Assembly: GCA_964016885.1 (NCBI GenBank) | Contig: OZ024741.1 | Location: 377,890,001-377,954,000, forward strand | Origin: Eledone cirrhosa | Taxonomy: Eukaryota | Direction of reading: 5' to 3' | Length of the DNA: 64,000 bases | Shown: positions 35,853-51,462 of the stretch, piece after piece | How the letters are laid out: the number at the start of each line of letters is the position of its first letter | Position numbering within the stretch: position 1 is the first letter of the stretch | Notes under the pieces: model-generated | Database searches by the model: none | Seen by the model: only the letters and a program-made list of their open reading frames with translations | What the model was told of the DNA's origin: nothing | Translations under genes and position numbers: made by a program

Positions 35853-38800
35853 TATATATATATATATCCTTTTCACTTTCAAGCCCTCACTATGTTTCGT
35901 ACACTGGAAGAAATCTGGTGTATTCAGACTTGGAGAATATTCGGTTCCTCCAGGGTTAAAAATATCCTAGAAATCCCGTATTTAAAATTGTTGCCCCTCT
36001 GAGTCCTTCAGGAGTTACGGGATCATGCATGCATCGTCATATTCAGTAACATAATAATCGTAACATTCGATAAATTTGGAAACATTAAACAATTATTATA
36101 ACTTCATAGCTTAACCGATGTATTTTAATGTATTTATTTAGAGTGAGACATTTTCTTTGTTTTGTGTTGTTAAGATATAGATTAATGAGCTCACATTCAC
36201 GCTTTTATCCTGATGAATATAGCATAAGTATTTATGCAGAAATGTAAAACCTCTATATAAATTTACAAGAAACATCGTCAGGTCTGGATGTTTCACAGTT
36301 GGTAGATTTATCATTTACTTGATAGCATATACTTGATGCTATATTCTATGACTCTATTACGTGTCCCAGCAGAGAGACTAACGGCATTATGGGCCCCCAC
36401 CATTTATGCAACACATTCTATAGCCAGCCTTCCATGGTTGGTCATTGATGCAAAATGGAGTTTGTTGTTGCTGCTCTTATTTGTGCTTCACCACATGATG
36501 TGGGTTCATTCGGAAACGTGATCAGTAGAATGTCGGGTGGTCTCTTGAATCATCTACACGCACACCATGTAGATCTCTCAGTGTTATTGATTACTTGAAA
36601 CCAGGCTATTGCATTATGTGGCCCTTATTCTTGAGGCAACGTATGGGAACTTTAGCCCTACACAGTGGCGTTATATTTGTGTACCGGTCTTGCCTTCAAT
36701 GCCGAAGTTTGGAGCTAACTCTTCTGGGATCTTCCAGAATGCTTATGGTTAATGTACTAAGAAGTATGGTTCATATCAAGAGAGAATCTACAAATATGGT
36801 ACGGACATCACATATTTCCTATTCAATGGTCTGAAGTGAATTAATTGAATAAAACTGTATAGTTTATATAGTATATATAATAGATACATACACACAATGA
36901 AGCATACACACTCATATGCACATGTATATATATAAATGTATATATATTGGAAATGGAATACTACAAGCTTGAGCGTTACGTAAGTGGGATTGATGATTTC
37001 GGGTTCATAGAAACATATCGGACGTATTGCAGAATATCGTTCGATCTGTCCAGGTCTGTTGTTTTAACCTGATTAGTTATTTCGTTCTTTTGGTACTGTA
37101 CGGTTGGATATGGCCTACCGCAATTTTCAATTTGTCAAGCTATTTAAACTTAATGTTATTACTCTAAGGATCTACCCTTATTGAGTGCTTCGCTACTCAT
37201 TCCTTATTGTAGGTCGAATTTGCTTGGCCACAGACAAAGCTTCGATTTTACTAAGCTTCCACTTGTATTATTATCTCCTAGGCATAATAATTAATTAACT
37301 AATTAAATTAGACAATTCTGTTGATTGGTTAATTATTTGTGTTTGTTTAATAACGTCTAGTTGAGAGCTTTTATTCGGAATGTTGAGTGGAATTAATTTT
37401 CCATTGTTAACACTTTGAATTTACCCGCCAATTACCGAGGGTTGATTCCCTTATTGGAAATAACAAGTGACAACGAAATATATAAATATATATATATACA
37501 CACACACGCACATATATATATATCTATATATATATATACGGTCAGGTTAATATATTAGTGTTATTTCTCTGCTTGATCCTGACTTTTTCATCAATGTTGA
37601 TTGTCAAATCGAAATCGTCTCCGATTGTGGCTAAATACTGAGTATAATTTCTCTGTAAACCTATACAACCCCCGTTCTCCAATTGATTCAAGTTGTCGCT
37701 ATGGCTGTCTGTATAAAAATGTTGAATGTTAAATAGCTGGTGCATGCATATATTTGTTTGCCTACGAAAGGTTGGCAGGAGATAATGTGGTGACTCACTT
37801 TTTAAAATTTCACCTCTGTTCTCATATTATACATGTTTTGTACATGTTTTGTTCAACATGAGATGGAACGTATCTTATTCAGCCAGCAGATATTTACTTG
37901 TATGAGATAAGAGTTTTGTTAATGTCCTTTGAGTATTGTCACACAATTTAATGCGTTCAGAATCAGTGTGTAACTCTGTGTCTTTGAATTACAATTGCAC
38001 GTTATTTTACTACGCTTCAGTTGGTGGTAGCAGCGTGAAATAAATTATATCACTAAAGAATACTACATATAAAAGAGAATTGAGCTCCTGGTCCTATAAC
38101 CTGAGCTGAATGTATGTTTACACTTAATGTATGTTTACTATATGTACGTCTAGAATAAACGGATTATGTGAGGGTGAACGGAGATAGGATACTGTTTAAT
38201 TTAATAGCACCGCTGATTGAGAATCCTTAGATGAATATATTTCGAAATGTAACCATTCTACTTTCGTATACGTAACTCACAAGTTCAATAATCATAATAT
38301 TATTGACTACGTTCCTACTTTGTAAACAGCGACTCAAAAGAAAGCGAGCCCTCTCAAGTATCAGTGAATCTATCTTTCGGTTGTCATGCTATCTTAGAAA
38401 CAATATTTCGTCGCTTGTGTAATCGACAGGTGAACCAGAACTACAGCAAGTTTTCAGTGGTCTTACATTTATTATTCAGAAGGGATAGAAACTACAAATG
38501 GCACCAATTAGCGTAGTGATACTACGAACAAAAGTCCAGCTGCACTTATATAGCTTCTAAAAGAATATCACCTCCATGCATATAAAGCTATAAGCTTCCA
38601 CGTGAGCAATCACTCGACAATGAATTGTTATAAATACCAGGCAAATCAGGTACACATAGCAGCTTACCGTCTAAATTGTGAGAGGGTATATTTAATTATT
38701 CATTCCTAGATAACCAAAATCACAGTTCTGTAGAATTGGGATTTCCCTGCTTCGAAGTAAAAGTGTGATGAGTATCACTGCAACACAATATGAATCAAAT

Positions 38801-40354
38801 GTCATTTGGATGACACAGTGCCTTCTTGTAATGAGAAATGCACAAGGATTACGTAGTCCTCTGTACCGGGAAGATGATATCGTGATAGAGCGTCTTCAAC
38901 ACTATACTCTATCTTATACGCAAACTTTTTAAATTGGTCTATTCTGTATTATGTATCATTTTATTATTTCTAAAGAGGTGAGGGCAGTGGATTGCCAGCA
39001 TCACTAGAGCATCGGTAATTAGTAATGACTTCGAATCTTTTTAGTTGTTTATTAAAATAAAGTAACAGTAAGGCATTCCCCTCCTTTTGAAATTGCTGAT
39101 CTTGGGCTAAAAGATGATGAACTGGCAGTATTAGTAGAGTGTCGAACACAACGATTTGCGGCATTTAGTTACGACTTCTACGCAGAGAGGTCAAATTTGC
39201 CTTTTATGTTTCCGTGTTCCATAAAATTAAATAGCACTCACATATTGAGATCGAGTGCTCAACCTTTCCGTAATCTATCTTTCTTGCCTATTTCCAATGT
39301 TATGATGAACACATTTTAAAACGGTGGAACGTGATTTCAGCTAGATGTTGTTATGTCTAGCTGGACTTGCAAAGACTTAAACGATAGGCTCAAACTAGTA
39401 AACAAATTTCTTTCAATATCGAATGAATTAAAATGCGTAATATAGCAGACATCTCAGGGTCGTCAAGAAGCTATTAATTGTCTTTATCTTAATACACCTT
39501 TGTTGTAAGTGGGATTTGTGTAGTGTTCAATACCAGGTAATACTATGAGGAACTTGCAACACATCCCTAGGGCCCAATATATCATGGAAAAATGATATAT
39601 ATATGCAATAGTCCTACTGGAAAATATATACCACCAGTTATTCAATAACAAATATAAACGCATAATGATAACACTGAAATAAAGAAAAAAGTAAATAATC
39701 AGTTTAGTATAGATTTTGTAATTATAAACGAGTATTCATATATAATGATGTTACCATAGCATTATTGTTAATGGTTATTTGCAACTTTACAATAAATTAA
39801 TTATTTTCTCTGCTTTTAACTTTATTGAGTCAAATGTTAATGTTACTTTTACATGAGTTTTTGAGGAAATGCACATATCACTCTGAAATTTAGCAGTCTA
39901 TGTGATTCATTTATTAATTAATGTTCATATATCCATATCGACTAAAGAATATGTACATTAAATAAAACAGATTTCCTATCCCATTTACATTTTAGTAGAT
40001 TTAGTTTATTAGTTAATTCAATTTGTGAAGTACTTGCATTGATTCTTGATTCCGCAGATTTAATGTTTAGTTTTCATCTGGAAATTATATCAACAGCAAA
40101 TTCGTTTTGTCAAGTGAAAGAGAAAAGTGGATATTGGCACTTGTTTGCCAAGGAGAGAAACCGTACGAAATGAGTTGCGATATATAATACACAGGAATTT
40201 GCATATGCACAATATCGACTGTTTAGCTTAATATATACGTCCTATCATCATGGGTTAGTAATTATAATTCACTTTATGTTATAAGAATAGTGAGTCTGAT
40301 GTAACATTCATAACGTTAACAATGCTACACGGGTGTAATCGGACACCCACTCGC

Positions 40355-40398
<44 letters not shown>

Positions 40399-40790
40399 TC
40401 AACTATACTAAGGTTCTCACACACTTTCATATATATATATATATGTTTCTTTTATTTGCCACTAGGGCATCGAAGCAATACGCAAGGGGAAATCCGACAT
40501 GTGGCTTATGTATTGACGAACGAATAACTATTCTAAAGTGATTACGCAATAGTGATTGCCTAAACACGAGAAATTAAATTTTTACACGTTGTCCACACGT
40601 CGCTAAACACCTATTGCATAACTACAAGGCTCCGGACTGATTCTATGTAACTTTATTTTAAACCTAAAATCTTTTCGGACTTTCGCAGTTATCTCCCTTA
40701 CACCTCTCGCACGCAGTCTAGTATTGCCTGTGTGAAGTGATCGAGTTTCTGCGCATGCGCGTTCGTACGGTTGTCCTTTCTGTTTCTATA

Positions 40791-40848
40791 ACCATGCCCA
40801 TTCAGAGCTGAGGATCCGCTAAGGTGAAACTATTGTTCTCGGTATGGT
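40791..40848 (+). ncRNA. minimal type I hammerhead ribozyme-like motif
   Basis: ACCATGCC-cattca-GAG CTGAGGA tCCgctaaGGt GAAAC tatt GTT CTC GGTATGGT; stems I, II and III can all be drawn. Confidence 0.55.
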
Positions 40849-40934
40849 GAACTAACTGTTGTGTAACCACTTCAACCTAATTCGTCGGATGGACTGAGTG
40901 CTCTACCACTACGGATATTACCTTCCAGTGATCC

Positions 40935-41001
<67 letters not shown>

Positions 41002-41135
41002 TAACAATTATAACACAATGAACTGAGACCAGATGCATCACTGATTTTTCTTTTTATATTATATCACACTCTGCTCAGTAAGAACATAGAGTGCTAAACT
41101 GGCATATCGCCTATGGAAGCATCATAGCTACCATT

Positions 41136-41137
<2 letters not shown>

Positions 41138-41183
<46 letters not shown>

Positions 41184-41192
41184 ACACATACA

Positions 41193-41269
<77 letters not shown>

Positions 41270-41305
41270 TCACACACACACACATATATATATATATGTA
41301 TATAT
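41138..41305. repeat. (CA)n(TA)n microsatellite
   Basis: Read directly from the sequence. Confidence 0.95.
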
Positions 41306-41337
41306 TGGAAAGTGTATGAGAACCTTGGTACAGTTAG

Positions 41338-42221
41338 GTATATTTGAAAAAAAGGAAAATGATGACTTCACTTGTAGTGTTAACACATTTTTTGAATTAA
41401 TGTTATAATATTATAATATTATGAGTTGATAGATCCAGTAAGTTCTTTGTTAACTTCGGTGGGAAGAATTTTAGAGATTCCTGGTTTGAGAACTTTCTCG
41501 CACTCGTCTGTCTGTGGCGATTGTCAAACTGAGATCATATTGTGTTGAACTATGTGACTATATATAAAAGAGATTTGAATGTGTCTGGTGTGTAGCGTGT
41601 GGTGTTAATGAGTGTTGATGATGAAGAAGTCCGGAGGATTTAAAGTATAGCTACACACACACACGTACACACATACACGTACACACACACATACATATGC
41701 ACTAAGAAAATGGTGAGGTTACAAGAAAAGGGTGTTAGATAAGGTCGTCCTAAACATACTCTCCTGCTGGTTTTATTTAATTAACTGACCTTTGATGAGT
41801 ATATAATGGCATATCTGAATCAACTCTACCAAATCCATAAAGAATGTCTTCTACACATTTCTATATCAAATATGAATTGAGGTGCTTGTCTGGGTTTTAA
41901 TGAGGTGTAAGATACATGTCTTTTGATAAGAATGGGGTGACAGGAAAAAGAGAAAAGAAGGATAGTTTGGGAACATTTGACGAAGGTGTGTTGTTGATAT
42001 TGGTTTAGGAGAGGAAGTGTCTGTGTGTGGGGGGACATTCTGGTTCAGATATTCACTTCCCTATATGTAAATATATCTACAGTCCATATATACTACATAG
42101 AAACACATATTTACATACATATATATACAAACACACATTTTTCAAATATACAAACCCATATATATATATATATATACACATACAAACCCATATATATATA
42201 TATATATACACATACAAACCC

Positions 42222-42252
<31 letters not shown>

Positions 42253-42320
42253 CACGTACGTACACATATATACACACACACTTGTTATATATATGTTATA
42301 CTCATATATACACATACGTA

Positions 42321-42399
<79 letters not shown>

Positions 42400-43485
42400 A
42401 AGTATGTCCATAGAATCATTTGATAATATTTATACACCATCTCCTCTCCCAATCAGCATACTCAACTACACAAGCAACAATTAAATCAGGCTATAAGATT
42501 AAAAGGCTCCTATGAAGAAATAATAGATAAATAAACGACAGCCATCTATTCGCGATCAACAGATACATAATATTTACCCAGAATTTTAATAGCACGTGGA
42601 AATCGATTAAATACATCGTCAACCATACACAATTAGGTATAAAATTAAAGTTAGAATAAAAAATGTATATAAACATACCAAGATTACGTTTCTACCCCAT
42701 GGGTTTCATTCGCTTTTGGAAATATCGGATCAAGGATAAATTCACGAGCTTCCAAATCATTAGGAAACAATCTCAATTGGACGAAGATTTTTCTTAAATG
42801 ATCCCCGCAAGAAACGAATTAAAAGTGGCTAAGAACGTGGCAGTGGTCAAGTCAGAAAGAATGTGATTGGTGCCTTACGGCGAGTGGGTTGTTTGCTAGA
42901 AGGTGCAGCCTAATATTACCTAAATTGCATCTGAACCTTATGGGAGATTATCAAATATAAAGATTTACATATACACAAACTATACAAAGTCATATATATA
43001 TATATGTTCTCTTCAGCGATCGAATGTTTGAAAGTACGGGTATCATCAACTATTTTTGTTTTTCAATATCAACACTCATTAACACCACACGCCACACCCA
43101 GGCACATCCAAATCTCTCTTATATATATATATAGTCACACATTTCAACACAACCTGATCTCAGTTTGACAATCGCTACAGGCAGACGAGTGACAGAAAGT
43201 TCTCCAACCAAAGTTAACCAGGAATCTCTAAAATTCTTCCCGCCGAAGATAACTTACTGGATCTACCAACTCATAATTGTTTCTACATTTGGCACAAGGC
43301 CAGCAATTAGCCAGTGCATTTGTGGTACTTTATTTTATCTACCCCGTAATGATGAAATGCAAAGTTAACCTCGGCGGGATTTGAACTTATCTACCAACTC
43401 ATAATATTATAATATTGTAACATTAAATCAAAAAATGTGTTAAAACTACAAGTGAGGTCATTCCTTTCCTTTTTTACAAATATAT
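41338..43485. repeat. ~280-bp inverted repeat pair (41338-41620 / 43068-43485)
   Basis: Arms are reverse complements; the right arm is interrupted by a SINE fragment. Confidence 0.85.
43278..43388 (-). mobile_element. 5'-truncated SINE with 17-bp TSD
   Basis: ATCTACCAACTCATAAT at 43261-43277 and 43389-43405. Confidence 0.85.
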
Positions 43486-43501
43486 ATAAATATATATATA
43501 T

Positions 43502-43923
43502 TGACGAAACATAAGCCAATTTCATGAACTCATAATCCCTTATTTACTGATATATATATTCCGATAATAGCCATTGAATGGATATGACCTCATCAGGCAG
43601 TTAGTCAGTTCTTAGATATGCCAGCACTGTGTTTATGGTGTTGATGGTATCAGAGCCTTGGGGCATATGCGATTGTTAGGGATAATTTAATGTTGCGGTA
43701 TCACCATAAACACAGAGCTGGCATATCTAAGACCAGACTAACTGCCTGATGAGACCATAGCCAGTCAATGGCTATCATCGAAATATATATAGCAGTAAAT
43801 AAAGGATTATGAGTTCATGCAATTGACTTATGTTTCGTCACTATTATAACACCGGAACTTATAACTTCGTTGAGTGCTCCCTATCCGCATACTGAAGTAC
43901 TGGATTTTTCCAACACTTTCTTG

Positions 43924-43927
<4 letters not shown>
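43502..43927. mobile_element. inverted pair of Penelope pLTR-like units within (TA)n
   Basis: 43502-43640 is the reverse complement of 43702-43840; each arm carries a hammerhead core. Confidence 0.7.
43741..43796 (+). ncRNA. minimal type I hammerhead ribozyme
   Basis: ACTGC CTGATGA GA-cc-ATAGCCA gtcaa TGGCTAT-ca-TC GAAAT atat ATA GCAGT: intact core, G10.1-C11.1 pair, palindromic loop III. Confidence 0.75.
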
Positions 43928-43964
<37 letters not shown>

Positions 43965-43969
43965 ATAAT

Positions 43970-44154
43970 TGTTTCTACTTTAGGCACAAGGCCAGCAATT
44001 ATCCAGTGCATTACTGGTACTTTATTTGATCGACCCTGTAAGGATGAAAGGCAAAGTAAACCTCGGCGGGATTTGAACTCAGACCGTAAAGGGACGTAAC
44101 TATGCTGGAAAGCATGGCGTCCGATTCTCTACCGATGTTGCCAATCCACTGCCC
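43970..44154 (-). mobile_element. full-length SINE with ~18-bp TSD
   Basis: Reverse complement of the 19053 copy; TATATATATAGTAATAAT at 43952-43969 and 44155-44172. Confidence 0.87.
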
Positions 44155-44251
44155 TATATATATAGTAATAATAATAAATTTGAAGACTAAAATCCAAAGC
44201 TCTATAAGGATAAATATATATCAAATATATAAGAACCGTAGAGCAAATATT

Positions 44252-45707
<1,456 letters not shown>

Positions 45708-46103
45708 ATACATATATACATATATATATACATATATATATACATATAAATATATGCCCATTACGTTATCTAAGAGACTATTGCAACTGCAATCTGGAAT
45801 TTGTTAAACTCTAAAAAGGCATGTTCCTCTTATTAATACATATGCGAGTTAATGTTCGATATACGATGTGATCAATGACCGGCTTTGCTATATTAAAAAA
45901 AAAGAAAAGAAATTGAGAACAGTGAACTGTACTGCTGAAGGGTAATACCTAGAAACATTATTGTCTGCAGGTATGTCTACATGCCAACACAATAGCAAGA
46001 ATGAGGGGCTCATTCTACTGACATGGCTTAAAAAAAAGTATGTTTCCATAATTGCAAACCGAATCAATATTATTATTCATATACTAAAAAATTACATTCG
46101 TTT

Positions 46104-46836
46104 CTGACGATAGCTAATAAGCTTGAAACTACTACAGCGTTCCTTTGTCAGTGTTGAATAAAAAATGAGCAACGATGGTTGCTAGACACTGTACGGCTTA
46201 ATTCGGGATGTTTGTTTACAAACACACCGAGCATTATAATAAATGTTCGGTGAATCCATACGTACAAATATATATGTGTGCATGTATGTATATATATATA
46301 TACACACTACTATACGTCTGTATACATATATGTATGTACTATACATACTTATATTTAAGTAGCAGCCGTACTAAGAGTTAGAAATGAAATTTCGTTTAAT
46401 TTTTACCGTTTATCGTTTTCGGTACCCCGGCTGATTAACTCACTCGATATGTAAATTAGGCTGCTCAGCCGTTAATATGCATAAGGAAAGTATATACTTT
46501 CAGACGGTCAAACATTTGACAGGAAGGTATACGTTACTGACGATAGTTAATAAGCTTGAAACTAGTACAGCGTTCCTTTGTCAGTATTGAACAAATGAGC
46601 AACGATGGTTGCTAGACACTGCACGGCTTAATTCGGGATGTTTGTTTACAAACACACCGAGCGTTATAATAAATGTTCGGAGAATCCATACGTACATATA
46701 TATGTGTGCGTGTATGTATATATACATACTACTGTACGTCTGTATACATATATGTATGTACGTATACATACTTATATTTAAGTAACAGCGGTACTAAGAG
46801 TGAGAAATGAAATTTCGTTTCATTTTTTCCGTTTAC
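46104..46836 (+). repeat. partial tandem repeat, period 433 nt, each unit starting with a hammerhead core
   Basis: 46104-46412 matches 46537-46835. Confidence 0.85.
46517..46583 (+). ncRNA. minimal hammerhead ribozyme-like motif
   Basis: TGACAGGAA-ggtata-CGTTa CTGACGA tAGTTaataAGCTt GAAAC TA GTA cAGCG TTCC tt TGTCA; palindromic ACTAGT at stem III. Confidence 0.6.
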
Positions 46837-46852
46837 ATTATATATATATTAC

Positions 46853-46924
<72 letters not shown>

Positions 46925-46928
<4 letters not shown>

Positions 46929-47930
46929 TTCATTCATCATGATCATTATTTTGCGTCCATTGTTCCGTGCTTGATTAGGGTGGACTGTTCCTTCTGATTA
47001 GAGCATCTCTTTACTTTTGGCATTTATTTTTCATCGTTTCTATGAGCGTTGGCCATCTCAGATGAGCTATCTCGATTTCACTCTTGGTCTTGTTCTACTG
47101 GAGATTCCTTCCACTGGGATCACTTGTCACTTTTCACCCAGTGATTATCATCCACTTGTATCACATGTTTCTTCTTGTTTAATTTCTCTGTAGACTTCTC
47201 GTGCCTTTCTGGTGACTACCCATGAGTCACTTTCTTGCAGCATCACAACTTTGAAAAAAGATAATCCTTATATAGAAGTTCCCTTAGACTCATTTGTTAT
47301 AACTAGGATAAACAGAAGTATTCTACAAATTGAAGCCTAATTCACTTTACCTGTACCCAAAATTCGACACTAAACCCCTACCAATTCTTTTTATTACGGC
47401 TCCACTGTCCATGGCTTGCCCTGCTCTTACAAGCTATTTTTCTACATTTAGATTCCTTAAGGATCACCAGATGACAGATAGGGTTACTCTGTCAACATAT
47501 TTTACTAATTCAACAAAAGCAGAATCTAAGAACGTCTCATGTAGCTGTCACCTCAAAAGGAGCGTATCTGTGGTGCTCCACTTGGCATTAAACCGAACTG
47601 CAACTTAACTCTTTCCGTAATTAGTTTTACTATATCTCTTTCTGTCTCTTTCATAATTGATCCGTTAGTTTTATTCCTTGTTGCTGATCTCTAAAGCATC
47701 ACATTTCCCTTGAGGCCACTAATCATTATGTTGCTGTGTCACTCATTGGCTATGTGGCCCTGTCCTGTATTTTCTATTTAGTGACTAGTTCACATCCTAC
47801 CTTACTATTTTCATCTCCATGATTGCTTCTTTGAAACCACAACTGTTAATTTCAATAGATTGTCCCTCTCTTGTGCAAGTTGGTTGGTAATCACCCTTCC
47901 TGCCATTCATCAAAATCTCATTGTAGCATT
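46925..47930 (-). mobile_element. possible very decayed LINE (RTE-like) fragments
   Basis: (ATC)-rich tail-like end and LINE-like composition; no clean motif. Confidence 0.25.
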
Positions 47931-50914
47931 CTCAGCTCTCTTTCGTATATATTTTAGTTACATACATACCAGATATGTGTAGGTAGGTGGATATTTCTCA
48001 ATGATAATGTTGATTTTATTATGTCAGCCTTGATAATTAGTTATGAATCAAAGTAACTGTTTCACAACAGCTGGCACTGGAGAATGAAATTTCACCATGA
48101 AATTATCATATAGCCTACAATGCGTTCACCTACAAGCATGTGATACATTTTTTTGCGGTGAATATTATATTCTAAATGTATATTATGAATATGAGCATTC
48201 CAAAAATGTATGTTATTATCAATGGTCAAATTTCCAATAATCTCGACATTTCATTTACCATTATAATTTCATATGTATAATATGTCAAATGTGCTTTAAA
48301 CATGGACAATTTAAGTAACTCTTGTTTTCTCTTCTTCGTATTAAATACACCGTTGTTGTATGCCGAGGTGACATGAAATGTGTAAAATATCGTAATTATT
48401 GTTGTTATATAATATTTTCTAGTGTCACAAAAACTTACAAAACATATGGAAGTATATATTTAAAATATTATGTTTTCAAATATAGTATTTTGTATAAATT
48501 ACAAAAAGTAAGAATCAAGACTGATTGAATTAATGCACAAAATATGATTCGTATTTTTTGAAACAAAGTTATAAAAAACAAGTCTGATGACCACATATGT
48601 GACTATATTTAAGTCTTTGTAAATGCTATTTTTTACACATTGTTAATAAAAACAATAGAATGTAAATTTGGAATCATGATTTATTACATCAGTAGGAAAT
48701 GACAGTTAACGTCTTGAAAAAATTGGTTCCATACAGAGCCCGTGATTAATTACAAGTCTAACTGTTTTGTTATAACAATTGCCTATGACCCAATGTTTAT
48801 AGAAGACGTTGAATTCTAATCTTACAAACGTACAAACGTAAGACAAAAACAAATTGTAGTTCAAACTATTGTATAATATGCGCATGATTAATCATGTTGA
48901 CAACATGAAATGACAGATATCTTTCACACATGCACAATCTTGGTGTTGTTTCGCACATTTACATTGAAATCAATTAAATTAAACAAAGTTACATATGAAG
49001 AAATATTGAAATAGATGGATTATTCTCATTTTACATTGTAAAGTACGTTTCATGTACATCTTTCTATAGCTGAAAATATTTTACGAAACATTTCCAAGTT
49101 GGGAGGGGTTTAGGTGTTTTGAAAACATTATAACAACTAATTTTATACAAAAGCAAATAATTTACAACAAGAATGTGTACTAGATATCAAGGGGATTTTG
49201 AAATAAACTAATTTGTATCGATATGAAAGCACAACGGAAAGTCTAATTAATCTATCATCAAAAATAATGTGTGACATAACTTTACACACTTTTACGAACT
49301 AAAGAGTTTAATAAACTAAAACGTATCACCAAACGAATTCAACAGATGTAAGATGACAATTAGTTTCTATTGGCTTATATGAAATTCATATTAATGCTTT
49401 GGGTGGACGAACAATATCATCCATCAATGTATCAACATAGTAATATAAATGGTCAGTTTCTTCAGGATACGGTATGCACAAAGTCTATATATACATGATT
49501 ACGTATTACATTCAGACGTTTCCGACATACCTTAACACACTGCGTAGGTTATGACCATGAGATATATAGCAATTTATCAAATAAACACATAAATGTTAGA
49601 CGGTTTATTTAATGTTGTATTAGGCATTGCATGCACAATTCTGTGTTACAGGAATGCATCCTACGGATGTCTCCTGTTATTTTATGGATTGGAAATCGTA
49701 AATTTGAATACGGCTACACGTTGAAAGAAATTAAATTATTTAATTTATATTATACTTATCAAATACTGGATAATTTATATGAACACACACGATTAAGTGC
49801 ATTACAAAATACATTCAATTCGACACACTTAGGTCAAAATATAAACTGAGTAAATAATTTCGGGTATTGCAGCTTTATACTATGTTTACATAGCTACCGA
49901 TAATCGGGAAATTATGGTGATAGTTGAAATATAAGAATTTACTACCACACCATAAATGTTTGGACAAATGCTTATGCTACCAGTTGATTCCCTCGTTTTA
50001 GTGGTGATAGCATTGTGAAAGAAAATCTGTTCTAAACCAGCCCAACCTGGAATTGGACGCATGACATGGAATATTTCTTTAATGCCAATTCCGCACGTGA
50101 AACGATGTGGAGATATATTGAAGACAAGGTGGAGATATATTGAAAACAAGGTTGAGATGATGAAATTATTTACATGAGACTCTCTCTCTCTTATTCTCTC
50201 TCTATATATATATGTATATATATATATATATGATGGCCGCCCCATCGTTATCGAGTATGGCCATTGCACAATATACCATTATTAATAATTATTAATTAAT
50301 TCTATCGTGCAATGCCTGTGTGTAAAGATACTTTTTAAAGTGAAGAAAGACTGTGCACTGAGCCAATCCCACTCTCTGAGCGACAGTAGCTATAACCCGA
50401 AAAGAAGAATAGATCAACATCATCGGTAACTACTGAGCCGCAGGTTTTATATCGGGGTTATCACCGTTTCCTGAGTTGCCTTCTCCTAGGAAAGTGAACT
50501 GAAAAATGCCAGGGTTCCTTCACTCCCAGTGGTTTAACCGCGCGATCGGGTGTCCAGCCCGACTATTTCTATGTCCCCGCGCATATACATACACATGCAC
50601 CCATGTATATACACATATACAAACATATGTACATGTGCATATACATATTTACACATTTTGCATGGGCGTTGACTCATGAGTTCTTCCGCCCTTTGTCAGG
50701 TTTTGTTTTTTGTCATACAGCGTGTTCAAATAACCTTCCTCACCAAGTAAACTTTGCGGGGTTGCCGGTTTAGTCGCCGACGACCCGACCATTCGACAGG
50801 TTGTACTGGGTTACATGTTACCAGTAGCACTCAAGCAACAAAACAAACACACACACATACATACCCCACAAATATATACTATTAGCTTCTCGCTAAAACA
50901 ATTTCTATACCTTC

Positions 50915-50955
<41 letters not shown>

Positions 50956-51410
50956 TATGTAATGGAATGCAAATTTGGTAATATTGTATTGTATTTTGCG
51001 AACTTCAGATAGACCTTCAAAGCAAATGTGTAGAAAAATGAACATATAACTGTAAAAATTATTATGTTATATCATTCAAGATCCTCCCGATTCTATGCAA
51101 TTATTACAACACTTTCAGATTATTTTCAACTAATTCAATGATATTCTACATCAAATAATCCTTCAACGTTTGTTTTATAATGTTGTGTTTATTCAAAATA
51201 TTCTCCTTTGAAACTATTTTAAGTGATTAATTTGATAAACAAATGTTACTCTCTCTACAAATATAGGATACAAATGTACATTTAAATGTTTGCTATATGA
51301 GTATTTCTCGGTATACTATATCTCTGTCTCTGATACAATAACATATAATGTGATATAATATAATACAATATAATATAATATAATGTAATACAATATAATA
51401 TATATAATAC

Positions 51411-51462
<52 letters not shown>

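Noticed and set aside
36210-36250. CTGATGA-hairpin-GAAA
   Set aside because: No stem III/UH and no stem I can be drawn.
36992-37022. TTGATGA..GAAACATAT
   Set aside because: Stems I and II do not pair and there is no UH triplet.
50400-50815. GC-richer patch resembling an RTE 5' UTR or structured RNA
   Set aside because: No second copy in the window and no convincing fold by eye.
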